This document shows, piece by piece, positions 52,270 through 64,000 of a stretch of 64,000 nucleotides of DNA (its first letter is position 1; each line of letters starts with the position of its first letter). The stretch is from positions 4,590,001-4,654,000 of the forward strand of contig CM052818.1 in NCBI GenBank assembly GCA_028534125.1. Reading direction: 5' to 3'. The stretch is from Lama glama. Lineage: Eukaryota. The translations under genes and the position numbers were made by a program. The notes beneath the pieces are model-generated. The model had not been told where the DNA came from. It did no database searches and saw nothing but the letters and a program-made list of their open reading frames with translations.

Positions 52270-52825
52270 TGTACACCCAGTTTCTTGTTTGTAGAAAAAG
52301 TCTCCTAGGCCTCCCCTAAGTTCCAAAAAGCAGGCTCAAGCAGTGACTAATTAGGGAAGTGAGGGAATGCGGAAACGAAGTCAAGAAACAATAGTTGAGC
52401 AATAAAGCAGAATCCTAGTTCCTGCTCAAGGGCTTTACGTAATAGCCTGACACAGAATCCTTGAGCTGTTCTGCAGGAACGAAGACCCTCCCCACCCGGG
52501 TGGAAGACAGTGACTGCATGCTGACCACGTAGACCCCGGACTGTTTGGAACCAGAAGTCTGATGATTAAGGTTTCTGAAACACCACCCCGTCACCACCAA
52601 CCAATCAGAAGAAAGCCACGCCCCCTGTAACCCTCACGCCAAATGTTGCCTTTAAAGCCATTCCCTTAAAGCCATCAGGGAGTTCGAGTCTTCTGAGTAT
52701 GATCCACCTGTACTCCTTGCTGGGCTCTACAGTAACCTCTGTACCTTCCTTCACCACAATCGGTGTCAGTAAATTGTCTTTGCTGTGTGGTGGATGAGCA
52801 GACCCAAGTTCGGTCCTATAATGCC
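52270..52825 (+). mobile_element. ERV1-class LTR related to the one at 13976-14542
   Basis: caccaaccaatcagaagaa...tgcctttaaa...gggagttcgagtcttctgag shared, in opposite orientation, with the 14-kb LTR. Confidence 0.75.
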
Positions 52826-53185
52826 TTAACTGCCTAAAAGAATTTAGAAATAGGGCCTGGACCAGGAAGACAGCTATTACCAGAGATAATCTTTTATATC
52901 AGTAAGACTTACCTGCATGACAAATATTTGTTTACCAAACATTTGCTTTTCTCGTCTTCCTGTGAATTGTCTTCGTCCTCTTTGAAGCCCCAGACCCTTC
53001 CCCCTTCTTCTTAACTAAGGATGCTATATAAACCTCAATTACCTGACTGTCAGAGAGTCTCATATTTTTATGATACTCTTATAGGTAGTGGTATGAAATT
53101 TGTTTTTCTCTTGTCAATCTGTCTTAAGTCAATGAAATTATTAGGCCAGCCAAAGAACCTAGAAAGGAAGAAGGGAAGAAGCCAC
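52826..53185 (+). mobile_element. ERV1-class LTR fragment
   Basis: TATA-like gctatataaacc, then tttgtttttctcttgtcaatctgtct...gaacctagaaagg, as in the LTR pieces at 41.1 and 45.8 kb. Confidence 0.6.
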
Positions 53186-53695
53186 CTCCTTGTTTAATTA
53201 ATTTAACACTGTTCATCAGATTAAGACCAGGGCACTAGGGTTAGCATCACTTAATTGACTGGAACCAAGGTAGTTTTACATAACTTTGCCAGACCAGTGC
53301 TGGGATTCCAAAGTCCTCCAGGAGGTGATGAGAGCTTCACACTGTCCTGGTGTTGTCAAGAGCAAGACTCTCACCAATGACAAAGAAAACGACATGGAAG
53401 CATTGGGCATTATCACGAGATGACAGGTCAGTTGTAGAGTTAAGATCTTTCTTCCAGTTAGAGAATGCCAGTTTAGAACGTCAAGTCTAGAGGAGGACTT
53501 AGGGGATGTCAGGGCTGGAAGGAACTTCAGGGGTCAACCTACTTCTTCAGAAAGATAAAGAAAGAGTCTCAGGGGCTTATCTGTACTCACACAGTCAGTC
53601 AGTGGGGAACTGGAACCAAGCAGCCTGCCCCTTAGTGCAGCGTGTTATCCATTGCGTCAGCCAGAACTCTTTTGGAAACCTCATGGCTTAAGCAA

Positions 53696-53698
53696 AAA

Positions 53699-53757
<59 letters not shown>
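53696..53757. repeat. (TAAA)n microsatellite
   Basis: About 15 perfect units. Confidence 0.97.
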
Positions 53758-53758
<1 letters not shown>

Positions 53759-54323
53759 AAAAAGGAAATAATATATCAACTCACATCTGGGGAAGCCCAA
53801 GAGACACAGACTTCAGGCATGACAAGATCCTAGAACTCAGTGGTAGCAGAAAGACATTGTTTCTTTCTCCATCTTTCCGTGGTGCCATCCTTCATATTGG
53901 TTTCATTCTCAGGCAGATCCTTCCCACATTGTAGAAAAAGTGACCACCAGGAGCTCTGGGTGCATATTCCACCAGCCTGGCAACCCTCAGTAGGTGGAGA
54001 GTGGTCCTTTCCTACTGGTTTCAACCTGTCCAAGGGTTGACTCTCTTTGGCCAGATCTGACTTCAGGCCCATTTACCCCTCCTGGAGCCTGGGGGGAGAG
54101 GCCATGGTTGCACCTGAACCACATGACTGGGAGAACAGTAAAGGGGAGAAAGTGGCAAAAACAACAGAGACCCACTCCACTCCACTCCACTTTTCTGGTG
54201 TCTGTTGCTCTAGGTGTCCTTCTGGACAAGCCCATTCATCCTTCTTGGGAATCTGCCCTTCTTTTAGGCACAGATGCTCACTCTGGCTCCACTGTTAAGA
54301 TGGGATGAAATGGGCCACGTGCC

Positions 54324-54983
54324 TTACATCCGAGAAAACTCCAATTTGAAAAGACATAGGCACCCTAATGTTCACAGCAGTGCTATTTACAACAACCAAG
54401 ACATGGAAGCAACATAAATGTCCACCAACAGATGACTGGATAAAGAAGTTGTTATATGTATGTATATATATAAAAAACCATATATGCAGTGGAATGCTAC
54501 TCAGCCATAAAAAAGATTGAAATAATGCCATTTGCAGCAACATGGATGGACCTGGAGATCATCATACTAAGTGAAGTAAGCCAGAAAGAGAAAGAAAAAG
54601 AAAAATACCATATGATATCACTTATATGTGGAATCTAAACTAATGACACAAATGAATTTATTTACAAAACAGATTCACAGACATAGAAAACAAACTTATA
54701 GCTACCAGAGGGGAAAGGGGGTGGGAAGGGATAAATTAAGATCTAGATTTGCAGATATTACTGTATCTAACATACATAAACAATAAGTTTCTACTGTACA
54801 GCACAGGGAACTTTATTTAATATCTTTCAGTAACCTATAATGGAAAAAAAATGAAAAGGAATATATATATATATATATGTATGTATATGTATGGCTGAAA
54901 CATTATACTGTACCCCAGAAATTGATACAACATTGTAAACCAACTATACTTCAATTAAAGAAAGAAAGAAAGAAAAAAAAAGA
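54324..54983 (+). mobile_element. 5'-truncated LINE-1 with TSD
   Basis: ORF2 end, 3'UTR and A-rich tail; TSD-like aaatgggccacgtgc / aatagggccatgtgc. Confidence 0.92.
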
Positions 54984-55259
54984 ATAGGGCCATGTGCTCC
55001 ATCAAATCAGTTCTGGGGTTCCTGTCTTGGGCAGAACAGTTCAAGACTGGACATGGACTTGAGTTCTTATTTCTTCTACTTGCAAGAACGCGCACCCTGT
55101 TTAAACCTAATTGAGGGATACAATAACAGGGTTCAATTTCTCAAGATTAGCAACAGTCTTATGATTGTCTACAAAGCTTTTCTATAATAAGAGGAATAAA
55201 ATTATACAGATGCCTGCAATTCGGGTCTAATGAAATAAGTCTTATAAATTAAAAAATAT

Positions 55260-55600
55260 TTGAGGGTTGGGTGGGGATATACTTTTGGAGAGATTTCAGA
55301 ATGATCAAGAATGAATTCCCAGAGGAAATGACCTTTGTGTTGGACTTTGAGGGATGGGAATGGGGACAGGAGCGGAGAGTTGTCAGGAACAGAGAAACGA
55401 ACATTAAGAAGATACAACAGAGCAGTCTTTAACCCCGAGAGGGGCGGGGCCTGTCTAGGGAACTGTGAGTTGTCCAGTTTGATTGGAGCAGAGGTGAGAA
55501 AGCAGGGATGCAGGAGAGAGCGCCCCATGGGGAGGTTAGTCCGGTGACCTGAGCAGAGGGCAGAGAGGCTGAACCAGCTCAGCATCACAGGGCAGGGTGG
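55260..55600 (-). mobile_element. L2 fragment
   Basis: cagaggaaatgacctttgtgttggactttgagggatggg and tgtctagggaactg...gattggagcagagg resemble L2. Confidence 0.55.
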
Positions 55601-58171
55601 GCCTGAGCGGACCAGCAAGCACCCATCTTCAGAAACCACACTGATTCTTAACGAGCTGGGTCCTCGGAGATTTATCTGGGTTGGACTCAAAACATGGGCT
55701 CATATTTGCCAAATCATACTGCCTCGTTTTGATCTGGGGAAGCCAAAAAAGTCCCAACCTTAATGACTGCCTTCTAGATTCACTAGAAACCCATGGATAG
55801 TTATTGGAGAAAATAAATGTGTATTTTCGTCAAGCTGTGGTTATTTGTGCATTATTTCAGAAGATACATTCCTACCCTAATAGTTTTGTGTTCTGAACAT
55901 AATTGGACCCGAATAAATAGTCTAAGAATTTACTAAGGCGATACCACAAGATTGAGTAGAAATCACATCGCCATTTCACTTCAGATTCTTATGCCCAGGA
56001 GCCTGGGATGTCTGCCCCCAAATCACATTTTATAAACGATGTGTTAATTTGATGGGTGGTGTGCCGATTTTCCCGTGTCCGTGTTCTTTGTGCCACGGAA
56101 TTCTCCTCTGTGGCTGAGTTTGACTTTTATGTGTTGGTGGACAACTCCTTTCCTCCCTCCTGTCAACATTAATCGAGCCCCAGTAAGGCTCAATGTTAGC
56201 TCTATGTCGAATATAGAGACATCACAAATATATTCTATTTTTAGAAAACGAATTCAGCTCAGGCATAGACATGGAAAGAGTTAAATAGCAGAGCAAGACA
56301 AGGGGTCGCTCAGCACAGACGGTACTCTACTCGCTATGAGCTCGCAGGAGGAGATGAAGGGTCCCTGAGGGGACCCCCTGTGGGAGGATAAAGATGTTAT
56401 TGAGGCTGGACGTGCGCCGTGAAGGAGGCTCTTGGTTGCACTTTCACACTGTGCTCTCTCCTGGAAAATCCAGACGGCTGGAGATATGGCTCTGCCCCAA
56501 CCCAGAGGACTTGCGTGGCCACTACAGTTTCTGCCACTCTCTCCTGTCCTACCCACTGCGGGCTTTAGTGCATGCTCTTGGTACGACCCTCTATTTAGCT
56601 GTAGCTGGGGGACCTCTTCCCAGAGGGCACCTGGGCACTTGTCTGTGGGCAGATTACATCTTCAGCATTTTCAGAAGCTGAAAAACTGGGTTGTCCTGCC
56701 ACGCCTGTGCTAGGGGATCGGGGAGGCTGCCCTGCCAACTTGTGCTGAATATATTACATACGTGTCTTCTGGGTCAGAGTAAATTGGGCCCTTAAAAGAC
56801 AGCCAACTTTCTGGGTAATTAACCCAGTTTTGTTTTGAGAGATATAACTGAAATTTATGGAGAGAGACATCCCTATATGTTTTTAGTGAAAAGGGGCAGC
56901 TCAGAATAGACTTTGGCCATCCAGAGCCGGAAGGGGGACTTACTCATGGAAACTCACTCAAGAGTCCCGCAGAAGGTGGTGGGCGGCTACGGACCCTCCC
57001 ACCTGCCTGAAGTCAGAGAAAGTGACCTTGACTTCAGATGCCTTGCAAGAGATTTGCCTAAAGAGCAAAATTAGCTGAAAATTGAGTGAATTGGCTCAGT
57101 GCAGAGAGAAAGCGGGTGAGATAGGACAGGACTGACTTCTTTTTATTTAAACTGATAAAATCAATTGATTGCTTTTTGCACTATTATTACACACACTTTC
57201 TGGGTTTATATTGAATACTACATTCTCTTTTTCAATCCAGAGCCTCGAAGCCTAAATGACATTCCTTACCCGGGGCCCTGACCCACAGTCACGAATTCCC
57301 AATTTATAAGCTGACTTGGGCCCACAGCCCACCTACCTGATGGCTTGCGACAGTTCTTTTAAAATTTAAAATTGTGCCATTTTAGAGCTAGACTATTTCT
57401 ATAGCTGGACTATAAAGATGAAGTTTCTGGAATGTTTTGAAAAACCAGAAACTATAACAACGCTAAGTGAAGGTTCTGACGTGGAAACAATTATCCCGAG
57501 CTCAAATGTTAGCTTCCCCTTATCAGTGGGACAGACATTCTCCTCTTGAACACAGTCCCAACCAGGCTCTATGTTCTATTTCACCTAGCTCCCTTTTCCT
57601 ATTTAAGTTACCTGTCTGACCTCTGTTGCTGTGTGAGTGTGTGACCTCCTCCAAACAAAAAAAATATGAAGTCGTAGGTAATAGGGAATAAGAAAAAGGC
57701 ACAGCCCAGAAAGAAATTGGAGAATCCCTTTGGGGCTTACATCCGCTCTAATACATAGATGGGATGTCCTAGCACCTCCACGGGATGTGAAATAAACACC
57801 CGTGATTGTTTGATACTTTTGGCTCGATCTTTGGGAGGGGCAACGGAATGATCTTCTACTTCTAAGGGCATGAATCTGGGGTTCTGGCTTCCTTAGAGAA
57901 GGTTTAAACCCTTGAGCCCGGTTTGGCTTTGGCCAGAGAAGTGGAAAGAGGTCCGCAGGGACATTAGTCGCTGCCTCCCTTCTTCCATTCACAGAGTCAG
58001 CACAGTTCCCTCAGTTTCTCCTCGTTTCTAGCATGCCGTGGACTTCTCTACCCAAGATCGCCATATTTCTCTAGGTAGGTGGCCACATGGAGTGGGCAGC
58101 ACAGGATCCTTACTTCAGCTCTGACACATGAATCCGACTAACTTTCATATCATTCAAAATATCTCATTGCC

Positions 58172-58301
58172 AGCGGGGAGGGTCTAGCTCAGTGGTAGAA
58201 CGCATGCTTAGCATGCACGAGGTCCTGGGTTCAATCCCCAGTACCTCCTCTAAAAATAAATAAATAAATAGACCTGATTATCTCCCCCCACCCCTCTCCC
58301 C
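58172..58301 (+). mobile_element. vic-1-type SINE (little diverged)
   Basis: ggggagggtctagctcagtggtagaacgcatgcttagcatgcacgaggtcctgggttcaatccccagtacctcc; TSD aaaatatctcattgcc / aaattatctcattgcc. Confidence 0.92.
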
Positions 58302-59394
58302 AAATTATCTCATTGCCTCCCTCCCAACTTTGTTTCCCTTAAACTTTGGATTTGAACTAACAGAACATTACAGTTGAGGTCTGATGAGTGCCCTTTCCAG
58401 TTTTTTTTTTTTCTCTTTAGTCTTCTCTATGACCTGGCTTTACAAAAAAGCTATTTTACTCTAAGAAATTAGGTTTCTGGTTATCAGGAGCCCTAAATAG
58501 ACATGAATTACAAGAACGTCCTTTGAAAACCCCATGCAGCATTTGTTTCATTAAATCCCGTGAAGCGACCTTAATTTAGTGGAACACCGGATAGGCTGTT
58601 CTTTTAACCTATTATCACTTTGGCCAGGCCCATAAACCATATTCATGGATGATTCCATCAAGAAGGACAACAGTGGGATTAATATTATTTCAGGATACAG
58701 TAAATGCCACAATGATGAAGCTGTTTAAGATCCGGTGCTCATGGTGTCACGCTGAATGCATTGACATTTACTCTGCTATCACTTCATTTCCAATATTCCT
58801 TCCAAATCAGCCGATGCTAATGCTTCCGCATGTGTGCAGAATACAGTATGGGCGGGGGTGGGGAGCCCGGGAAGGGATCGCACACATCCTTTGCCTGCCT
58901 TTTTCCTCTTGGTGTTGAGAACGGGGAACTACACGCAGAGGACATTTGACGATGCAATGGGCCCCAAGATGTTAGTTGTCAGCAGAGGCTCCCAGAAACT
59001 TGGCTGTACCCTGCAGTTCAATCAAAACAGGACATGGGGCCCCTCTTGCCTGTGACTGAGACTGTGATGTGGCTTGGATGGGAACCAAGAAAGCACTGGT
59101 TGGCATTGTTAGCAAGATGGTGTGTTGGAATTGAGCGCATCTGTATATAACAGCACATCATGTAGAAGGTCTGGTTTGCGGTATAATCTCTTTGACCCTT
59201 AAACCTGATGGCCCTGACAACAGTATGGCCCTAATGATACTTATCTGAAAGCTCATGGGTGATTTTTGGGAATCTTGTTTAAAGAAGCAGCAAAGATGTT
59301 ACAGTACTAACGTCCAGTCTCTCAAAGAGTCTCAGCTCTTAATTTTGAAGGCAAGTTTCTCAGGGTTGGAAGGAAATTTGAAGACTGTCCAAGG

Positions 59395-59555
59395 TCTTCT
59401 CAAAGTTGCGTGTGTCAACAAATAATTCTCATGATCAGAGTCTGAGAGATTCTAATCCAGTAATTCTGGTGTGAGGGCTGAGAATCTGCATAGCATCAAC
59501 CTCCCAAGCCATGTGGATGCTACTGATCTGTGAATCATACTTTTGAGTAAAGGGT
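59395..59555. mobile_element. MER5A-like hAT element
   Basis: agagattctaatccagtaattctggtgtgagggctgagaatctgcat...aacctccc...catacttttgagta. Confidence 0.65.
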
Positions 59556-59626
59556 CTAGTCCAACCATTGCCTGCATTCTCTTCAGATGAGCATCTAGTG
59601 TATGTTTAAACCTCTCTTATTACGAG

Positions 59627-60126
59627 NNNNNNNNNNNNNNNNNNNNNNNNNNNNNNNNNNNNNNNNNNNNNNNNNNNNNNNNNNNNNNNNNNNNNNNNNN
59701 NNNNNNNNNNNNNNNNNNNNNNNNNNNNNNNNNNNNNNNNNNNNNNNNNNNNNNNNNNNNNNNNNNNNNNNNNNNNNNNNNNNNNNNNNNNNNNNNNNNN
59801 NNNNNNNNNNNNNNNNNNNNNNNNNNNNNNNNNNNNNNNNNNNNNNNNNNNNNNNNNNNNNNNNNNNNNNNNNNNNNNNNNNNNNNNNNNNNNNNNNNNN
59901 NNNNNNNNNNNNNNNNNNNNNNNNNNNNNNNNNNNNNNNNNNNNNNNNNNNNNNNNNNNNNNNNNNNNNNNNNNNNNNNNNNNNNNNNNNNNNNNNNNNN
60001 NNNNNNNNNNNNNNNNNNNNNNNNNNNNNNNNNNNNNNNNNNNNNNNNNNNNNNNNNNNNNNNNNNNNNNNNNNNNNNNNNNNNNNNNNNNNNNNNNNNN
60101 NNNNNNNNNNNNNNNNNNNNNNNNNN
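59627..60126. other. Assembly gap (500 N)
   Basis: Run of exactly 500 N. Confidence 1.
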
Positions 60127-60389
60127 CATCCTTTGCACCAGCCCCTAAACTGACCGTTCTTAAAGATAATTGGTGCTCATTTTCATCATTATCCACCTTA
60201 AAGGGATAATCTTTGTCGGCCTTTAGTTCACAACCGAAAAGGTAGTTCTGAGGCCTCAGGGGGCTCATGTCCATGTCCATCGAATCTTCCATGAGTTGGT
60301 GGCACGCACTTAGGTGGGAGAGAAGACGGACGGAGATAAACCACCACTGTTCCAGAGAACAGCCGCGCAGGACGGAATCACACCAGGGA
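60127..60389 (-). pseudogene. NPM1: Processed (intronless) retrocopy of nucleophosmin; 5'UTR plus codons 1-55 visible, ATG at 60292
   Basis: Translates [55 protein letters not shown], the NPM1 N-terminus with Pro where the human protein has His30. It is continuous across the first two NPM1 intron positions. The upstream tccctggtgtgattccgtcctgcgcgg matches the NPM1 5'UTR and similarity stops at the mRNA 5' end. Confidence 0.93.
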
Positions 60390-61324
60390 CTATGCCATTC
60401 TTGAATGATAGGTGTGCGTAGGTATTGTGCCCTTGACCCTTGGGGCCTCTAGGGGAGCCCTGGGCCAGTTTGGGACCAGCCGATGGACCGAGTTGCCTCT
60501 GGCCATGAGTGATCAGTGTGCTGTACAAATATGATCATTTTCCACGTGTGCTGTCAAGTGAGTGAGGTTGGAAGGTGCTACGTTTTCTCCAAAAAAGCAA
60601 ATAGACAGAGGAGAGTGGGCTTTTTCAGACCACAGCGTCCACATGAACTGGCCCTACCTTGGTGCTTCAAACTGGAACTCTGCTCCCAGGCAAAAATGCC
60701 AAACGTCTTCTTCCCCTCATGTCTACTTTCCTCTTAAAGTTAAATTGAGATTTATCGTAGAAATATATGCATGTCCTTTAAAATCAAAGAGTACGGAAAT
60801 GTAAAAACCCCGAGTCATCTGTACCTTCCTGCCCCCCAAGTCCCGTTTGGGTTCCCCAGAAGCAGCCACTTGCAAGCTGGAGCTTCGGAGTTTGTGGAGA
60901 GAGGGTCCTGCAGGGAAATGCCCCGATTTCCCCATGGAATACCAGGAGACACAGTGTTGGAGGCACCAGGGACCGTCATGTGCCATCGGGGAGGTTGGGT
61001 GTAAGCCAGAATGCACAGCAACTGGACCACGTCCCCAAGTCCCCCTCACCAGTCCATCACAGCCAGGCTACCTCTCCTTGCTGCCTTCCTTCTCACACTA
61101 CCCTCCCCTTCACTCATCCTCCACAGAAGTCCAGAGGTTTAATCACTGACAGAAAGGAATCTGAGGGATCCTGGGCTCTGAGATGCTGGGTGCAAGAGAA
61201 GGCAGAGGTGAGGCTCAGGCTGAAAACTGGAGTCTTCTGTGAATGTCTGTATACTGAGCTGTGCCACCCCTAAGCCCTTCCTCTGACTTGCTGTCAGAAT
61301 TACCAAAGCCAGAGGTGGCGTGGC

Positions 61325-62395
61325 AAAGTACAATCAACAGAGCAAAGAGACAACCTACAGAATGGGAGAAAATACTTGCAAACAATCTATCTGGTAAGGG
61401 GTTAATAACCAAAATATGTAAGAGACGCGTCCAACTCCATAGTAAAACCAAAAAAAAAAAACAAACAAAAAAAACCTCCCCAATCTGATTAAAAAATGGG
61501 CAGAGGACTTGAAGACATTTTCCACAGAAGACAGAAATGGCCAACAGGGACATAAAAAGACGCTAAATGTCACTGTCTCTGATGCAATCATCAGAGAAAA
61601 TACAAATCAAGACCTCAATGAGACATCACCTCACACCTGTTAGGTTGGCTGTTATCAAAAAGATAAGAGATGGCAAGTGTTGGTGAGGGTGTGGCGAAAA
61701 AGGAATCCTAGGGCATTGCTGGTGGGAATGTAAATAGGTGCAGCCATGTGGAAAATGGATGGAAGCTCCTCAGAAAATTAAGGATATGAATACCGTATAA
61801 TTCAGCAATTCTATTTCTGGGTATTTATCCAAAGGTAATGAAATCACTATTTTGAAGAGGGGATATCTACACTTTTATTTTCATTGCAGTATGACTTACA
61901 ATAACCAAGTCATGGAAACAACCTAAGTGTCCATCAATAGATGAATGGACAATGAAAAAAAAAAAAAAAAACCCACACACAATGGACTATTACTCAGCCA
62001 GGAAAAAGAAGGAAAAGCTGTCATTTGTGACAACGTGGATGGACCTTGAGGGCACTTTTCTAAGTGAAATATGTTGGAGAAAGAGAATGAATACTGTTTG
62101 CTCTCACACGTGGAATATAAAAACATTGAACTCATAGAAACAAAGTGGAATGCAAGTGGGGGAAGTGGAGAGATGTTTGTCGAAGGGTACAAACTTCCAC
62201 TTATAAGGTGAATAAGTTTTGAGATTGAATGCACAACATGGTGACAATAGTTGACAAGACTATTATATACTTGAAGGTTGTTGAGAGAATAAATTTTCAA
62301 TGTTCTCGCCACACACACACATGTAATTATGTGAGGTGATAGCTGGGTTAACTGACCTTATGATGGTAATCGCTTTTTAGTATATTCGTGTAGCA
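61325..62395 (+). mobile_element. Older L1M (L1MA-like) 3' fragment
   Basis: ORF2 remnant TINRAKRQPTEWEKILAN; 3'UTR gggtacaaacttcc...attatgtgaggtgat. Confidence 0.88.
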
Positions 62396-63440
62396 AAGGT
62401 GGAAATCCTTTTAAGGGGGTTGAGGCTTGTGTTTTCCAGTGATCTTGAAATGCCAACGTGTGGCTAGGTTTCTATGGTTGAAACGCAATGCGGGCACTTT
62501 TCTTTTGCCAGAAACATTCTAGAGATGATCATTCACTCACTGGGGACCGGGAGAGAAAGTAAATAAGAAAGTCTCCTTGCAGATGAGCATGGCGCTTGTC
62601 ATTTGGACTCTCTCCCTGCTGATATTCAGACAGCATTCACAGCCACGTGCTGTTACCTGGGTAACTATCCTTGAGCTGGCATTTTAGGACCCAGTAGGGT
62701 CCAGAAGAACAATTCCATCCTTCCCTGGACCTTTGCCAGGTCTGTGAGAGGTGTCTTCCTCTTTTTTGATGCAAAAATAGAACTTACAGCCCCCTGGGAC
62801 GATGAAGGCTAGTAAATCAGTGGTTATGCCCTGGGCTTTCCCGCTACAGCCAAGGGAGAGCTGAGGTGATTGTCTGAATAATCTGAGCAAAACAACCCAC
62901 TGTCCTCAATGGATCGCAAAGTTTGGAGTTACCCCAAGAGAACAATGCACTGGATCTGCTCGGTCCTTTTTACGGTCTAGGAAAGGAAAACACGTTTTCT
63001 TTGGGGGATACTTCAGATGGACGAAACAAGCTTCTCCAATTGTCCTAGCCTACCTTCCTGGGAGTGGCTCACAGAAGGAGCCCCGTGAATGCAGTTACAA
63101 TGGCGGATGTTTACTGGGCTAGTGTATTATGTTCCAGGCGCTGGGCTAAGCATTTCAAATAGATCTCATTTAGATGTCATCACAACAACCCCATTGCCAT
63201 CCCCACGCAGCAGACATTGGACAGGAGGCCAACAGAGCCTTCAGGGACTTGGATGGAGCGCACAGCTGGGAAGTCACAGGGCTGAGTCAGCCAGTCTGAC
63301 TCCAAATCCTATCTTGCCCACGTGAAACCTCTAGGGGGAATTATGCTACAAGGATACTGAAATGCAGAGACATCGTGATCGGATCAAGGGAACTTTGTCC
63401 CTTAGTGGAAGAGGTGGCGTATGCAAAACACCATTAACAA

Positions 63441-63594
63441 GGGGGTAGGTACAGCTCAGTGGTAGTGTGTATGCTTAGCATGCATGAGGTCCTGGGTTCA
63501 ATCCTCTGTACCTCCTCTAAAAATAAATAAAAAATAAGCCTAATTACTTCCCCCTCAAAAAAAAAAAAAGCCGTAAAAAAACCCCAAAAAACAA
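63441..63594 (+). mobile_element. vic-1-type SINE
   Basis: agctcagtggtag...gcttagcatgcatgaggtcctgggttcaatcc head; A-rich tail; TSD accattaacaa / accactaacaa. Confidence 0.9.
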
Positions 63595-64000
63595 ACCACT
63601 AACAAATCAGAACATTTAAGGCAAGAAATGTGCCCCTCTTGGCCTCACATTCCTCAAGGGTAAATGAAGGGGTTGACCTGGGTAGTTTGCAAGCCCATCT
63701 CAGGTCTCACATATGACCTTTAGAGTGGTCTGTGTTTGTGATCTTCAGTATCGCTGCACCATTGGAGCTGAGTCGGAGCACTGTTTGAACTCGAGTGTTC
63801 TTGTAAAGAGAGGTGAATTAAGAGTCAGCATCGGCCAAGTTTTCTTTTGGTGACAAATAGCTTTCCAATCTCAGCGCCCTAAACAACACAGCGGTACATC
63901 TCATGTGCTTACATGTCCATTTCAGATGTCCTGGGACTCCGTTGTTCTCCAGAATCCAGAATTATGGGTCAGCTACCATCTCTAACGTGGTGGGTCACTC

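Noticed and set aside
58175..58250. tRNA-Ala-like sequence with A and B boxes (also at 10827, 13949, 15294, 41440 and 63441)
   Set aside because: Each has a SINE tail and TSDs, so these are SINE heads rather than tRNA genes.
59606..60292. NPM1 as the parental gene or as a 228-aa CDS
   Set aside because: No introns at the NPM1 intron positions and no CpG-island promoter upstream; the ORF length is produced by the gap.

Overview
This is mammalian genomic DNA, most likely camelid: it carries six copies of a tRNA-Ala-derived SINE with the vic-1-type head and tail, plus cetartiodactyl-type L1 3' ends. The window is intronic or intergenic and dominated by transposable elements: young 5'-truncated L1s with target-site duplications (TSDs), older L1M/HAL1-like relics, ERV1 solo LTRs, MaLR/ERVL LTRs, hAT MER elements, MIR and L2. 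There are two placeholder 500-N gaps. The only recognisable protein-coding sequence is an intronless NPM1 retrocopy on the minus strand (60127-60389) that runs into the second gap. I found no intact host-gene exon that I can name, no prokaryote-type system and no CRISPR array. The most unusual observation is a single TSD-bounded insertion at about 37468-37738 that joins an L1 3' end to an oppositely oriented 5' half of tRNA-Glu(CTC), with microhomology at both junctions, as expected from twin priming on a second RNA. Other notable items are a short L1 3' transduction, an L1 5' inversion, and several repeat-free blocks rich in MEIS/PBX-HOX/homeodomain motifs that look like developmental enhancers. 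Repeat family names come from recall of consensus sequences, not from a database search, and boundaries of old repeats are approximate.
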